A stretch of DNA of 64,000 nucleotides, from the IMG/VR virus record IMGVR_UViG_3300027902_000008, positions 1-64,000 of that record; one strand, given 5' to 3'. The translations under genes were made by a program, and so were the position numbers. How positions within the stretch are numbered: the stretch's first letter is position 1; each line of letters begins with the position of its first letter. The DNA comes from a virus. Below, in pieces: positions 8,421 through 18,745 of this stretch. Below the pieces are notes generated by a model. The model did no database searches. It was given only the letters and a program-made list of their open reading frames with translations, and was not told where the DNA came from.

Positions 8421-10447
8421 TGGCTTCTAACCTTATCTTAAGAGTTGCTTCTGAATTTGACCCAAAGGGTTTTAATCAATTAAAGCAAAATCTTGAGGAT
8501 GTAAAGCAAAAAACCCAACAGACTGCTACTGCTTCTGCAAGTATGGGTGAAAGCTTTAGGGCATTAACTCAGATTATAGGTGGTGCTGTTTTAACACTGC
8601 CTTTAACTGGCTTTATTAAAGAAGCCATTACAAGCGAAGAAGTAACTTCAAGATTTAGAATGCAGGTAGAGTCTCTTGGCAAAAGTTTTACAGGGATAAA
8701 CCTTGAGGCTATCATAAAACAAACAAGAGATTTAGCAGGGATAACATCTACAGAGCTTGTAAAAGCTTTGAGTTCTGGCTTAGTATATTTCAAAGATACA
8801 GATAAAGAACTCCAATACCTTAATACTGCGATAGGTATGACTAAAGTTAGGGGAGTTGACCTTGCTACTGCGTTTCAACAACTTGGTTATATTATGCTTG
8901 GTTCAACTCGTGTTGCTCGCCTTTATGGTATCTCTATACATAGTGAAATTCACGACCCTTCCCAAAGAGCTGCTGTCATATTAGATGAAATGAGAAAAAA
9001 GATGGAACCTTTAGCCAAGCAGACTGGCACTACTGCTGAAGCCTTAAAGATAATGGGTGCTAATATCAAGGATATAGGAGAAAAAATAGGCGGTGCTTTG
9101 ATTGCTCCTATAGGTGAAGTGGCAAAGGCTTTTAATGGATTAAGCGATACTATGAAAGAATTTATAGTTGTTTCTGGTTTATCTATAACTACTATTAGCG
9201 GATTAGTAACGGCTGGTGTAGGAATATTAAGCTTGATAACAAAGCTTAAGGCTTCTGGTGGCTTGGTTGCTGCTTTAGGATTTATTGGCGGTGGTGCTGG
9301 GGCACTTATGTCTGCTGGTCTTTTAGCTGCTATAAGTCTTTTTATTGTATCTCTTATGAAGTTGAAAGAGGCACAGGACGCAGTTAGCAGGGGGGCTAAA
9401 GAATATTCTGATTTTGCATCAAGGGCTATGGTTGCAAGGGCAACCGATGCTAATACTTCAATTACTATGGAAGAGAAGTTTGCTGATAAACTTAAAGATA
9501 CAGCTGAAATAAGACAACAACTTGCTTTTCAAGAAGCTAAATATCATCAGCTTGGTAATACTGCCTTGGAAGAAAGAGCTAAGAAAGAAAAAGACCAAGT
9601 TCAACAGATTTATAATGGAATGAAAAAAGAGGTTGATGAAAGAACTAAGATGAATATAACAACCTTGGCTCAGGAAGAAAAATTCCAATTGAAAATGAGA
9701 GAAATTGCCAATGCTTCTATGAAGGAAGGTCTTGATAAAGATTTGGAAGCCTTAAGAACAAAGGCTTATCAAGAACGTGAAGCAATGATTAAGACCTATG
9801 CAGATACCCTTGAAATAAGAAAAGCCTTAACTGCTAAAGAAGCTGCGGAAGAGGCACAGATAAGGCAAAAATATATTGAAAAAGAATTAGAATATGCCCT
9901 TATGTCAGGCGAAGAACAGAAGAAATTTGATGAAGATTATAAGGCTGCTCAAAGAGATTTATCTAATAAGAACCTTGATACCATAAAAAATATATCTGAT
10001 GAAGAGAAGAAGTTTTTGCAAGATTCAAAAGGTGCTCAAAAAGCCCTGAAGGAATGGACTGAAGACCAAGCTAAAGTTCAAGCAAAGGCATCTCAAGATA
10101 GTCGTGAAGCACAAATCTTAATGAAGACCTACGCTATTCAAAGAGAAATTGATAGAGCAAAAGAAGTTCTTGGTAATGAGAATGTAGTAGCTTCATTAGA
10201 AGAGAAGTTAAAATTAGCCAAGCAAGTTGCAGAACAAGAACAGGTAGGGATTAAAGGTCTTACAAGTTTTACTGAAACTGCTAAGGTAGAGGAAAAAAAG
10301 GTTGCACAGATAAATCTTAACAGTCAAGTTAATGTTTCTATAACTCCTTCCTTATCAGAGTTATCTGGCGTTGTTGGTAAGAAAGTTCAAGATGAAGTTA
10401 GCAAACAATTAGAAGATAATAAAAGAAAATGGTTGCCAACTTACTAA
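8420..10447 (+). CDS. Tape measure protein (675 aa)
   Basis: Ala/Lys/Glu-rich helical protein with a central hydrophobic Gly-rich segment; follows the G/GT chaperone. Confidence 0.85.
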   Translation: MASNLILRVASEFDPKGFNQLKQNLEDVKQKTQQTATASASMGESFRALTQIIGGAVLTLPLTGFIKEAITSEEVTSRFRMQVESLGKSFTGINLEAIIKQTRDLAGITSTELVKALSSGLVYFKDTDKELQYLNTAIGMTKVRGVDLATAFQQLGYIMLGSTRVARLYGISIHSEIHDPSQRAAVILDEMRKKMEPLAKQTGTTAEALKIMGANIKDIGEKIGGALIAPIGEVAKAFNGLSDTMKEFIVVSGLSITTISGLVTAGVGILSLITKLKASGGLVAALGFIGGGAGALMSAGLLAAISLFIVSLMKLKEAQDAVSRGAKEYSDFASRAMVARATDANTSITMEEKFADKLKDTAEIRQQLAFQEAKYHQLGNTALEERAKKEKDQVQQIYNGMKKEVDERTKMNITTLAQEEKFQLKMREIANASMKEGLDKDLEALRTKAYQEREAMIKTYADTLEIRKALTAKEAAEEAQIRQKYIEKELEYALMSGEEQKKFDEDYKAAQRDLSNKNLDTIKNISDEEKKFLQDSKGAQKALKEWTEDQAKVQAKASQDSREAQILMKTYAIQREIDRAKEVLGNENVVASLEEKLKLAKQVAEQEQVGIKGLTSFTETAKVEEKKVAQINLNSQVNVSITPSLSELSGVVGKKVQDEVSKQLEDNKRKWLPTY

Positions 10448-10456
10448 AGGTGTAAA

Positions 10457-10918
10457 ATGAGAACAAAGGTAATATGGGCTCAAGGGTCAGGTGGAACAGG
10501 AACTCAATATACATTTAGCCCAAAACCTGGCATTATAAGAAGTATGCCAGCACAGAGAAATGCTGTTTTTGAAATTCCAAATCTTAATGGTGCCGTAGTC
10601 CAGACTTTAGGATTGGCAACCAGAAGAATAGAAATAAGCGGTATTATCTATGTTTATCCTCCTAATTTTGATAATTTGGTAGATGCCAAGACAAATCTTG
10701 AAAATGGCATAGGCACAGGAGAAGGTGAATTACATATTATATCTGATTTTGGGAATACTAATTCAAGACATATTTATTACAAAGGCATTTTAGATGGCGA
10801 GATAAAATGGGCTGAACAGAAAAATATGTCTTTTCTTGAATATTCATTCACTATACTTTGTGCAGACCCTAATGAATATGGTTATTCAGGATATTCTGGT
10901 TATAGCGGTATAACTTAA
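10457..10918 (+). CDS. Distal tail (Dit-like) protein
   Basis: Directly after the tape measure; LGLATRRIEISG and YSFTILCADP are Dit-like motifs; ends in GYSGYSGYSG. Confidence 0.65.
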   Translation: MRTKVIWAQGSGGTGTQYTFSPKPGIIRSMPAQRNAVFEIPNLNGAVVQTLGLATRRIEISGIIYVYPPNFDNLVDAKTNLENGIGTGEGELHIISDFGNTNSRHIYYKGILDGEIKWAEQKNMSFLEYSFTILCADPNEYGYSGYSGYSGIT

Positions 10919-10927
10919 GGAGATTAG

Positions 10928-11878
10928 ATGGCACTCGCAGAATTAAAGTTATATAAAGTAAGCACGGAATATGGAACAATAGGCAACCCTATAGTATTTA
11001 GCGGTGCTGTAGCAGGAGTTATAACGAATTACTCTTTAAATCCACTTTATCTGTGGAATGATAAGGGAGGAGGATTAGGAAGCGTCCCAGCAAAGACTAT
11101 TGTTATACAAGTTCTTGATATGTGGATTCAGAATGAGGCTTTAGGAACGAGTAGTGGAGCACCTAACCAAACTTTCAATACTGACGTTACTCCGATAGTA
11201 GACACAGGTCTTGCTGAGGAGATTTTGGTAATGGTAGCAGGCGTAGTTTGGGATAGGGTAGGTAGTTTTACAGGAGAAGCACCCTCAGCAGAAGTTTATA
11301 CCATTGATTCTACAGGTTTGGTTACTTTTGGAAATAGCGTTAATGGTAAAATCCCCCCTATAAGCAGTGCTATTACTATAACATATATGCCAGATTTGGT
11401 TGCTTATGGAAAATATTTGACATCTGCTGATTGGCTTGAAGTAAAATCATTAGGTTGCACAACAAACCCTGTAACAGTTATAGATGAACAGAAATCCTCT
11501 TTTGATACAACCCACGTCTACGCTTCCAATATCCAACTACTGACAGTTTCAGGAGTATGGCTTCAATCAGACCCTACTCATATTGGAACTAACTATTACA
11601 CAGGTGGTTCTTTCATACCCTTAACTGGCGAAATAGTGTTAGGAACTCCTTTGGCTGGTGCGGTTACTCCTGTTTTGATAAGTTATACCCACACTATGAT
11701 AGATGACGCTGAATCAGATTATACGCCTATAGGAGACGCTACTTCTCATACTTTTACAAATCCTATATGCCAGAATAATGCTAAGTTACTTTACTTTAGG
11801 CTTAATATTCCTGCTGCTACCCTTCCAACTGGTGGCAGTAATATTAACTTTCGTGTTAGATTGAGTTATAAACAATAG
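10928..11878 (+). CDS. Tail tip/baseplate protein
   Basis: LGTSSGAPNQTF and WDRVGSF...YTIDSTGLVTFGNSVNGKIPP resemble baseplate wedge/J-type repeats. Confidence 0.55.
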   Translation: MALAELKLYKVSTEYGTIGNPIVFSGAVAGVITNYSLNPLYLWNDKGGGLGSVPAKTIVIQVLDMWIQNEALGTSSGAPNQTFNTDVTPIVDTGLAEEILVMVAGVVWDRVGSFTGEAPSAEVYTIDSTGLVTFGNSVNGKIPPISSAITITYMPDLVAYGKYLTSADWLEVKSLGCTTNPVTVIDEQKSSFDTTHVYASNIQLLTVSGVWLQSDPTHIGTNYYTGGSFIPLTGEIVLGTPLAGAVTPVLISYTHTMIDDAESDYTPIGDATSHTFTNPICQNNAKLLYFRLNIPAATLPTGGSNINFRVRLSYKQ

Positions 11879-11892
11879 AAGGAGGCTTAAAT

Positions 11893-12537
11893 ATGACTAA
11901 TCTTGTGTGTAGAATAAACCAGACAGATGCTACGCAAAGATATTCAGGGTATTCTGGATTTTCAGGATATCCAGCAGATTATATTACCATTGACCTTGCT
12001 GCTGATAGGTTGATTTGGACAGCAGGTTCGGCTGAGGTCTACAATCATTGTGGGTATAGTCCTTCAGCTGCCCAATTGAATATAGCTGCTACTTTGATTC
12101 AACTGACAGATGTGGAAGTAGCGTATTGTTTTCTTGACGATGTTTCAAGTGCAGAAAAATTGCATCAAGTAATAGGGGCAGATAGCGGTGATGACCAATT
12201 TGTATTCTGTTTCAGTTTTGATGCTGCCACAGCTACAGAACCTACTCTTGAAGCTTGGGATACAAATGCTCACGCTACTACAGCTTTACAAGTTCTTGGT
12301 GCTGGGACACCTGCAAATAGTATGATACACGCTGTATGCACAACAGCAGCAAGCCCAGGAGCAAGCTGGGCAGGAACCAATCTTGCAGGAGCAAATACAG
12401 TTCTTTTGAATGACGGAACTGGTGCTATCGTAGGGGCAGCGGATTTGTATGCTAATATCTATGTGAAGGTTCCAGCATCTTATCCTACACCTGAGATAGC
12501 CACTCCAGTCCTTACAATTCGCTACACATATTCTTAA
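11893..12537 (+). CDS. Virion structural protein (tail tip)
   Basis: Ala/Thr/Gly-rich beta protein with YSGYSGFSGY near the N-terminus; strong RBS. Confidence 0.5.
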   Translation: MTNLVCRINQTDATQRYSGYSGFSGYPADYITIDLAADRLIWTAGSAEVYNHCGYSPSAAQLNIAATLIQLTDVEVAYCFLDDVSSAEKLHQVIGADSGDDQFVFCFSFDAATATEPTLEAWDTNAHATTALQVLGAGTPANSMIHAVCTTAASPGASWAGTNLAGANTVLLNDGTGAIVGAADLYANIYVKVPASYPTPEIATPVLTIRYTYS

Positions 12538-12566
12538 AGATTTAGATAGAGAATAGGAGGCAAAAG

Positions 12567-12953
12567 ATGCAAATTCCACTCTACGAATTAATTTTAGACG
12601 ATTATACAAGATATTATGGTGGCGGTATAGCCCAGCCACTATGGAGAGAAGCCCCAGATAAAGCAATCTTACATTTTAAATTAAGACTGCCTAATGGGGA
12701 TTTTCTTTTATTGGCAGGATATGAAGAATATAACTTCTTTATTGAAGTAATGGCAGATATATATGGTAAGAAAATTGAACAAAAACTTACATATATGTTT
12801 CTGTTGGGTTGTAAAGATGGAGAAGTAACTTCTTACAGGTTTGCTATTAATGATTATGGTCAGTATAAATTAGCGGATATGACAATAAGAAAGTTTCCAA
12901 AGGGTAAAGAATATAACGGCAGACCAACTTTTGGTTGGCATAGAGGTGAATAA
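12567..12953 (+). CDS. Hypothetical protein in tail module
   Basis: 128-aa ORF with AGGAGG RBS. Confidence 0.55.
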   Translation: MQIPLYELILDDYTRYYGGGIAQPLWREAPDKAILHFKLRLPNGDFLLLAGYEEYNFFIEVMADIYGKKIEQKLTYMFLLGCKDGEVTSYRFAINDYGQYKLADMTIRKFPKGKEYNGRPTFGWHRGE

Positions 12954-15900
12954 ATGGCAAAAGTCTTAGTAGCACAATCTACTTCTATTTGGTTAGCACT
13001 CCCTGATTACGCTGCTGAACGTGCATTATTAAAAACAACAGGAGGAAAGTTAGTTTGTTTCTATCATCAAGGAGCTACAGACCATATTGTTTATAATACT
13101 TCTGATGATGATGGTGCTACTTGGTTAGGAGAAAATACTGTAATATTAAGGACAGATATTGGAACTCAAGATATAGATGGTTTTAGCGTTTATAAAGATA
13201 CAAATGATGATATTTTATTTGTTTGTAATGGAGCAAGCAATGGAAGGATTTATTTTAGGAAATTAACTTATGGTGCAGGAACTTGGACTTTAGGTTCTGT
13301 TGTATTGATAGCCTCAGCGTATAATTATCATTGCCCTGTCATTTGCAGAAGGTCAAATACAGATATTTGGGTAGCAGCTTATGTAGCATATACAGCAAAG
13401 ATTCCTGCTTTTTACTCTACAAATGAAGGTGCTAACTGGACTGACAAAACCATTACTCCCTCTGGTGCAGATAAAACAAATTATGCTGGTGATGTAGATA
13501 TAATGGCTAAAGGGACTTATATCTGGCTATTTGTTTATTGTAGATGGCTGTCTTCTGTTCAGAGAATAAGGGTTTATCAATATGATTCTGCTTTTGATAC
13601 AGGAACGGATATAAATACAAGCACGGGAGTGTCTTCAAGTATTTCAAGCCTATGTGCCTTAAAGATAACTGATACCAATATTTGGGTTGCTGGGAGAACA
13701 AGGGCAGGTATAAAGATATACAATTATAATGGTTCAGTATGGGATGGCGGAACTGCACTTACAGGCAATGGTTCTTCAGATGGATTTCCTACAATAAGCA
13801 GTGTTAATAGTTTACCTTGGATGGCTTGGATAGATAATTACTTTTATGTAAAATATAGAAAGTTTGATGGAGCAACGTGGCAAGCAGCAGTTCAATTAGA
13901 TTATACAGGAGACCAATTAGAGCCAGCTATCGCCTTGCCATCTGATACTGCTAATTTTTATGTTTCTTGGGGTGATTATTCTACTCCTAAAAATCTTTGG
14001 ATTGAGAAAATAGCAGGAGTAGTTCCTCCAACTGAAGTTTTAGCAGATATTAATATTGATACAAGATTTTTACAATCTGTTATAAGCGACATAAATAATG
14101 ATATAAGATTTTCTCTTTACATAGAACTTTTTGGAGATATCTCAACTGATATAAGAATTTCAAGTTCTATTACGCAGGATATTCATACTGATATAAGATT
14201 CACTAATGGAAGAGATATAAATGTTGATATTAGGACTCGCCTTGAGCATATAGAAGATATTAACTTTGACTTTAGATATTTCTTCGGAAATATAGAAGAT
14301 ATATCTACAGACATCAGAACAAGAAGACAGGTTATTGGGGACATTAAAGAAGATGTCCGTTTTCTTAAAAGAGTTATAAGCGACATAAGCACTGATATTA
14401 GATTTGACAAGATTTACTATAAAACTTTTTATGGAAATGCAACTATTGAAGTTGATTCAGAGCAGAATTTCTATGGTAATGCAGAGATATTACAGCCTAC
14501 TCCCATACGTCCTGCAGGTCTCACAGCAACCGATATGCTAAAGGGAGACCTGATAAAACTTCGTTGGAATGTTGATGCCAATTATGGATACAATATCTAT
14601 ACCACTAATCCAGGAGGTAGGATTAAGAGAAATGCTTATGTAATTTTAGGTTATTCTGGTTATTCAGGGTATAGCGGTGGAGAATTTTTAGTTGGTAATC
14701 TTACTCACGATGTAGCATATACTTTTGTAGTGGTTGGTGTAAATGGAGAAGGAGATGTAAGTGTAGATAGCACCTCTGTTATTGCAACTCCTACTTTTCC
14801 TAACTTTTCTGATGGAGTAGCGAGTAGGTTTACCACATATACTGCTCAGGTAAAGATAAATGGGTCATTAAGAGCTGATATAAATCTTCAAAATATATCT
14901 TTGGGATTTGGAACATCCCCAGCCACAGCAAGTTTTACTATTCCAATAGACCCTTCAACTGGTGGTCTTCCAGCACTTGATGATACAGTTGAGTGTATTG
15001 TTAATGGAAGAAGTATTTTTAAAGGGATAATCAAAAACAAAAAGAAAAACATATCTTCAGGTGGTAAATCAGTAAGTTATATTGCCTATAGTAATGCCAT
15101 AAACTATAATCTTTCTTCTGTTGATTGGGATTATATTCTTGAGATAAAGAACCTGTATAATTTGGACGTTACAGACCAAACTTGGCTACAGGCTTATGAA
15201 ACGGTGGCTAATTTCCAAGGGAATTACAGGCTGTATTACAATATGCAAACAGATACAATAGAATGGTATCAGCTTGGCACGGGATATTGGAATAGGACTA
15301 TTGAATTAGGGAAAAATATCCTTGAATATGACATTACGGAAGACATAGTTAATAAGGTAATTAAGGTTACTCTAAGAGGTGCCAGAAAGAAATATGTAAA
15401 AGATTGGCAACCTTTAGATTTCATTAGAACCGCTGTATCTACTTATGAATCTAATACTGCCTTAGCATATGAATATACTGCAATTCTTGAAGGATTTAAT
15501 ATAGGAGATATTCAAGTAGAGGCATATGAAAGTCTTGGTCAGCCTGAATATACTCTTGATGCTAATAAGTCTGTGGTTCCTTCCGATGTTTATATTGCTG
15601 GTTCAAGCGGTCCAAAAAGGACGCAGTGGGGAGATGCAACTAAAGACCCGAAACAAGTTGTGACTAATTGGAAAAATCCTAAAACAGAATGGAGACCTGC
15701 AAGCGTTAAGATAGATTATGTATATGAAACTGTAGGAGCAGTTCCTGTTCCTTCAGACCAGAACATAGGCAATCGTCAAGTGCCTATGGTGGCAAAGTTA
15801 ACCTTAACTTCAGAGCCTAAGATTTATGGTGCAATGATAGGTTTTGGTAATGCTAAAAGAGATGGTAGGATTCCTGCTGAAGATATTAACTTTGGTTTCA

Positions 15901-16472
15901 TTCATTGGGCTGAACCTCCTTCTCAAAGAATGTCTCCTTTCAGGGTATCATATTCCTATGAAGAAGAATTACCAACTACTCTTGATGCAGGAAGCGGTAG
16001 TCCCTCAAGAACTGTAACTGATACACAATATCAGATTGTAGTTGATGATTTACACGGATTTTATAATCAAACTTATGTAGTAGACCAAATGACTCAAAGG
16101 GTTGGCGGAGAGCTTGCCAAGGTTAACCTTCCTAATATAAGCGGTAGGATTAAGATACTTGGCGATGAAACATTAGATTTAAAAACTCTTGTTGAAGTTG
16201 ATGGTCAGTTGCTTGATGTTATTAGGGTAACTCACGATTTTACAAATGGCTTTACAACTGATATAGAACTTACTAATGAGAAGTTTAGGGTAAATGTTCC
16301 GCCTTATCAAGAGAGAATGAATACAGTTGAATATTGGACAAAGATTACCAGAACCCAATATAACTTAGACCAATTGGCAAGGCAGACACAACAGCAACTT
16401 TCAACCCTTTATAATGTTCAACATCCAGTTATGCCTATTCCAAAAACACCTTATGCCATTTATGGAGACTAA
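12954..16472 (+). CDS. Large tail protein: BNR beta-propeller + DIxxDIRF repeat stalk + FN3 + baseplate hub-like C-terminus
   Basis: Asp-box motifs SDDDGATW and STNEGANW; nine DIxxDIR repeats; FN3 pattern (PAGLTAT...LRW...GYNIY...YTFVVVGVN); hub-like C-terminus (IELGKNILEY, VIRVTHDFTNGFTTDIEL). Confidence 0.7.
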   Translation: MAKVLVAQSTSIWLALPDYAAERALLKTTGGKLVCFYHQGATDHIVYNTSDDDGATWLGENTVILRTDIGTQDIDGFSVYKDTNDDILFVCNGASNGRIYFRKLTYGAGTWTLGSVVLIASAYNYHCPVICRRSNTDIWVAAYVAYTAKIPAFYSTNEGANWTDKTITPSGADKTNYAGDVDIMAKGTYIWLFVYCRWLSSVQRIRVYQYDSAFDTGTDINTSTGVSSSISSLCALKITDTNIWVAGRTRAGIKIYNYNGSVWDGGTALTGNGSSDGFPTISSVNSLPWMAWIDNYFYVKYRKFDGATWQAAVQLDYTGDQLEPAIALPSDTANFYVSWGDYSTPKNLWIEKIAGVVPPTEVLADINIDTRFLQSVISDINNDIRFSLYIELFGDISTDIRISSSITQDIHTDIRFTNGRDINVDIRTRLEHIEDINFDFRYFFGNIEDISTDIRTRRQVIGDIKEDVRFLKRVISDISTDIRFDKIYYKTFYGNATIEVDSEQNFYGNAEILQPTPIRPAGLTATDMLKGDLIKLRWNVDANYGYNIYTTNPGGRIKRNAYVILGYSGYSGYSGGEFLVGNLTHDVAYTFVVVGVNGEGDVSVDSTSVIATPTFPNFSDGVASRFTTYTAQVKINGSLRADINLQNISLGFGTSPATASFTIPIDPSTGGLPALDDTVECIVNGRSIFKGIIKNKKKNISSGGKSVSYIAYSNAINYNLSSVDWDYILEIKNLYNLDVTDQTWLQAYETVANFQGNYRLYYNMQTDTIEWYQLGTGYWNRTIELGKNILEYDITEDIVNKVIKVTLRGARKKYVKDWQPLDFIRTAVSTYESNTALAYEYTAILEGFNIGDIQVEAYESLGQPEYTLDANKSVVPSDVYIAGSSGPKRTQWGDATKDPKQVVTNWKNPKTEWRPASVKIDYVYETVGAVPVPSDQNIGNRQVPMVAKLTLTSEPKIYGAMIGFGNAKRDGRIPAEDINFGFIHWAEPPSQRMSPFRVSYSYEEELPTTLDAGSGSPSRTVTDTQYQIVVDDLHGFYNQTYVVDQMTQRVGGELAKVNLPNISGRIKILGDETLDLKTLVEVDGQLLDVIRVTHDFTNGFTTDIELTNEKFRVNVPPYQERMNTVEYWTKITRTQYNLDQLARQTQQQLSTLYNVQHPVMPIPKTPYAIYGD

Positions 16473-18133
16473 TGGTTGATAAATGTCCTATATGTTATAA
16501 TGATATCACTAACTATGGTGAATCTGGTTATTCTGGTTTTACAGATGACCCTTTAAAGACACCTACGCATTTTATTACTTCTTTAAGAGGTGCTGTTATG
16601 ATAAGGGCTCCTCATATAACGGAATTAAGAGATAAGATTAACTATTATGAATCTCAATTAGGTGCTGTAAGTGGTTATTCTGGTCTTTCTGGGTATGCTC
16701 TTACCACTTGGACAGATATACAGGCTGATAAGTTTGAAGCAAGACCTCAGTATATTAACGAATTAAGGATTGCTATAGAAGGGGTATTAAATACCTTGGG
16801 TGTTCTTTTGGCAGATTGGTTAAGTTATGATGAAAATGGAGTTCCTACTCTTGGTATAAGCGGTTGGCTTGATGGAAACAGATTAACCAAAAATCAGATA
16901 GTAAGAGGTATGCACATAGAAGAATTAAGAAAAGCAATACCTACTGATGTAATTATTTTTGTTTTTGAGTCTTATAATGGTTATTGGTTTTACGAATGGT
17001 ATGCCTTTTTAGCACCCTATAAAGAAGGAGACACCGATTTAATTGTTACGAGGTTAGAAAATTCAAATTTTTTACTTCCTAAGCCAATATGGGGAGGCGG
17101 AACATATTCTTCACTATGCACTGATGGTGCTTATATTTATGGCGTTGCTCCCGTTATCATTTCTCCCACTCCTCCCGAAACATATAATTATATTTTATGC
17201 AAATGGAGTTTAAATGGTGCATTGATTAACAGTAGAATTATTTATACTGGTCTTGAAATGCTTCCTTATCCAAGAACAATAGTTGGAGATACTTCTTTAT
17301 ATCTACTTATATCTATGGGTTACTATGGTCTCAATTATATACTTAAAATAAACAAGGATACTTTGGTTGAGGAAGCAAGCGAGGCAACAACTATAACTTG
17401 GCACGGAGTAACGAGTGATTTTGCTTTGGATGATTTAAAAATAGATAAGACTTATTTATATACTTTTTCTTTGGGACCAGAAAATTATGCTGGTGGTGCA
17501 CACGCAAGCCCTTGGTTTGATAGTGGTTATCCAATAGTAACCTTTGTTTATATGTGGATGAATAGCACTATGGTTGAGATAAGGGATAAGAATACCCTTG
17601 TGTTATCAGATACTTTTTATTCAAATAATGCAGAAGAAATCATCTATCCTGGTGCAAGTGGTTCTTTCACATTTTATAAACCGTTAATTAGTCCAAATGA
17701 TGTTATGCGTAATGGTAATATGGGTATAGATTCTTTAGGGAATTTTTATTATTGGGAACGTCAGATGAGGGTAGATTATTATTGGACTGGAGTTCCTCCA
17801 CACGTTTGGGAAGATTTTCATTATTCTGTAACCAATATCCAAGATAATTATATGAAACATACTTGGAAGAATACCAGAACTATTCTTAGGACTCGTTCAA
17901 TACCAAGCCCTGATTATTATGAAGATACAGCTATAACTCTTGGGAATACTTATGCTTATTCAAATCAATTTAACGGTAATTCTGGTTACAGCGGAGAGTT
18001 AATAGTGAGGAAGATAGATGACCAAGTATTGAAATTAGACCTAACGCAACTTACTTTTAATTCTACAGTATATATTATAAATCAGATTGGTAAGATATTC
18101 TCAAGTTATGAATGCAGGTTTTCAAAACCATAA
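16472..18133 (+). CDS. Tail tip/receptor-binding protein
   Basis: Repeated IRAPHITELR / YINELR / HIEELRKAI fibre motifs followed by a Tyr-rich beta-propeller-like domain; SGYSG motifs. Confidence 0.6.
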   Translation: MVDKCPICYNDITNYGESGYSGFTDDPLKTPTHFITSLRGAVMIRAPHITELRDKINYYESQLGAVSGYSGLSGYALTTWTDIQADKFEARPQYINELRIAIEGVLNTLGVLLADWLSYDENGVPTLGISGWLDGNRLTKNQIVRGMHIEELRKAIPTDVIIFVFESYNGYWFYEWYAFLAPYKEGDTDLIVTRLENSNFLLPKPIWGGGTYSSLCTDGAYIYGVAPVIISPTPPETYNYILCKWSLNGALINSRIIYTGLEMLPYPRTIVGDTSLYLLISMGYYGLNYILKINKDTLVEEASEATTITWHGVTSDFALDDLKIDKTYLYTFSLGPENYAGGAHASPWFDSGYPIVTFVYMWMNSTMVEIRDKNTLVLSDTFYSNNAEEIIYPGASGSFTFYKPLISPNDVMRNGNMGIDSLGNFYYWERQMRVDYYWTGVPPHVWEDFHYSVTNIQDNYMKHTWKNTRTILRTRSIPSPDYYEDTAITLGNTYAYSNQFNGNSGYSGELIVRKIDDQVLKLDLTQLTFNSTVYIINQIGKIFSSYECRFSKP

Positions 18134-18397
18134 TGAAAACAGCAACTAATATAGCACATAAGAAACCTAATACAAATGAATGGTGTGAATTTAAACTTTG
18201 TAAAGAACCTTGGGGAATGTGTAGTTATGAGATGGAATGGCACCTGACTTGTATGGTCTGTGGATTCACAAAAATGGTTAGTAATGATACATTTCTCAAG
18301 TGGCAGTATTGCGACAAGGTGCTTTATGAATGAGAAGGAGGTAAAAAAGCACTTAGAGCAATTTCATAAAGTAACAAATCTGGAGGGAGGTGACACA

Positions 18398-18565
18398 ATG
18401 AAACTCAGTCAAATACTCAAGATTGCGGGTTCCATCGTAGGAGGATTAGCATTATTGGCTTTGGTCGTTGAGACGATTAGAAACCATCGTATCTTGGTAG
18501 GGATAATAATAATTGGTGGATTAGCATATTTCGCAGGAGTGTGGTTTAAGAAGAAAGGAAAGTAA
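18398..18565 (+). CDS. Small two-TM membrane protein (holin candidate)
   Basis: GGAGGTG RBS before ATG 18398; two hydrophobic segments and a basic C-terminus. Confidence 0.5.
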   Translation: MKLSQILKIAGSIVGGLALLALVVETIRNHRILVGIIIIGGLAYFAGVWFKKKGK

Positions 18566-18733
18566 ATGGACATTATTGTTAACACAATAAAGTCAATTGT
18601 AGAGATGATGGTTGCCCATACCCAGTTCTTTTTGGGATTATTGGTAGGATTGCTGGTTTCGTCTGGAGAAGCAATTTATCTCTATAGTGTTAATGGAAGT
18701 AACTTAAAGTGGAAGAAACCCAAGGAAAGTTAG
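18566..18733 (+). CDS. Small membrane protein (55 aa, not in the ORF track)
   Basis: ATG directly after the upstream stop; hydrophobic FFLGLLVGLLVS segment. Confidence 0.45.
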   Translation: MDIIVNTIKSIVEMMVAHTQFFLGLLVGLLVSSGEAIYLYSVNGSNLKWKKPKES

Positions 18734-18745
18734 AGGGGGTGTGTT

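Noticed and set aside
260-18133. Diversity-generating retroelement acting on tail fibres
   Set aside because: No reverse transcriptase, and no template/variable repeat pair differing at adenines was seen in this window.
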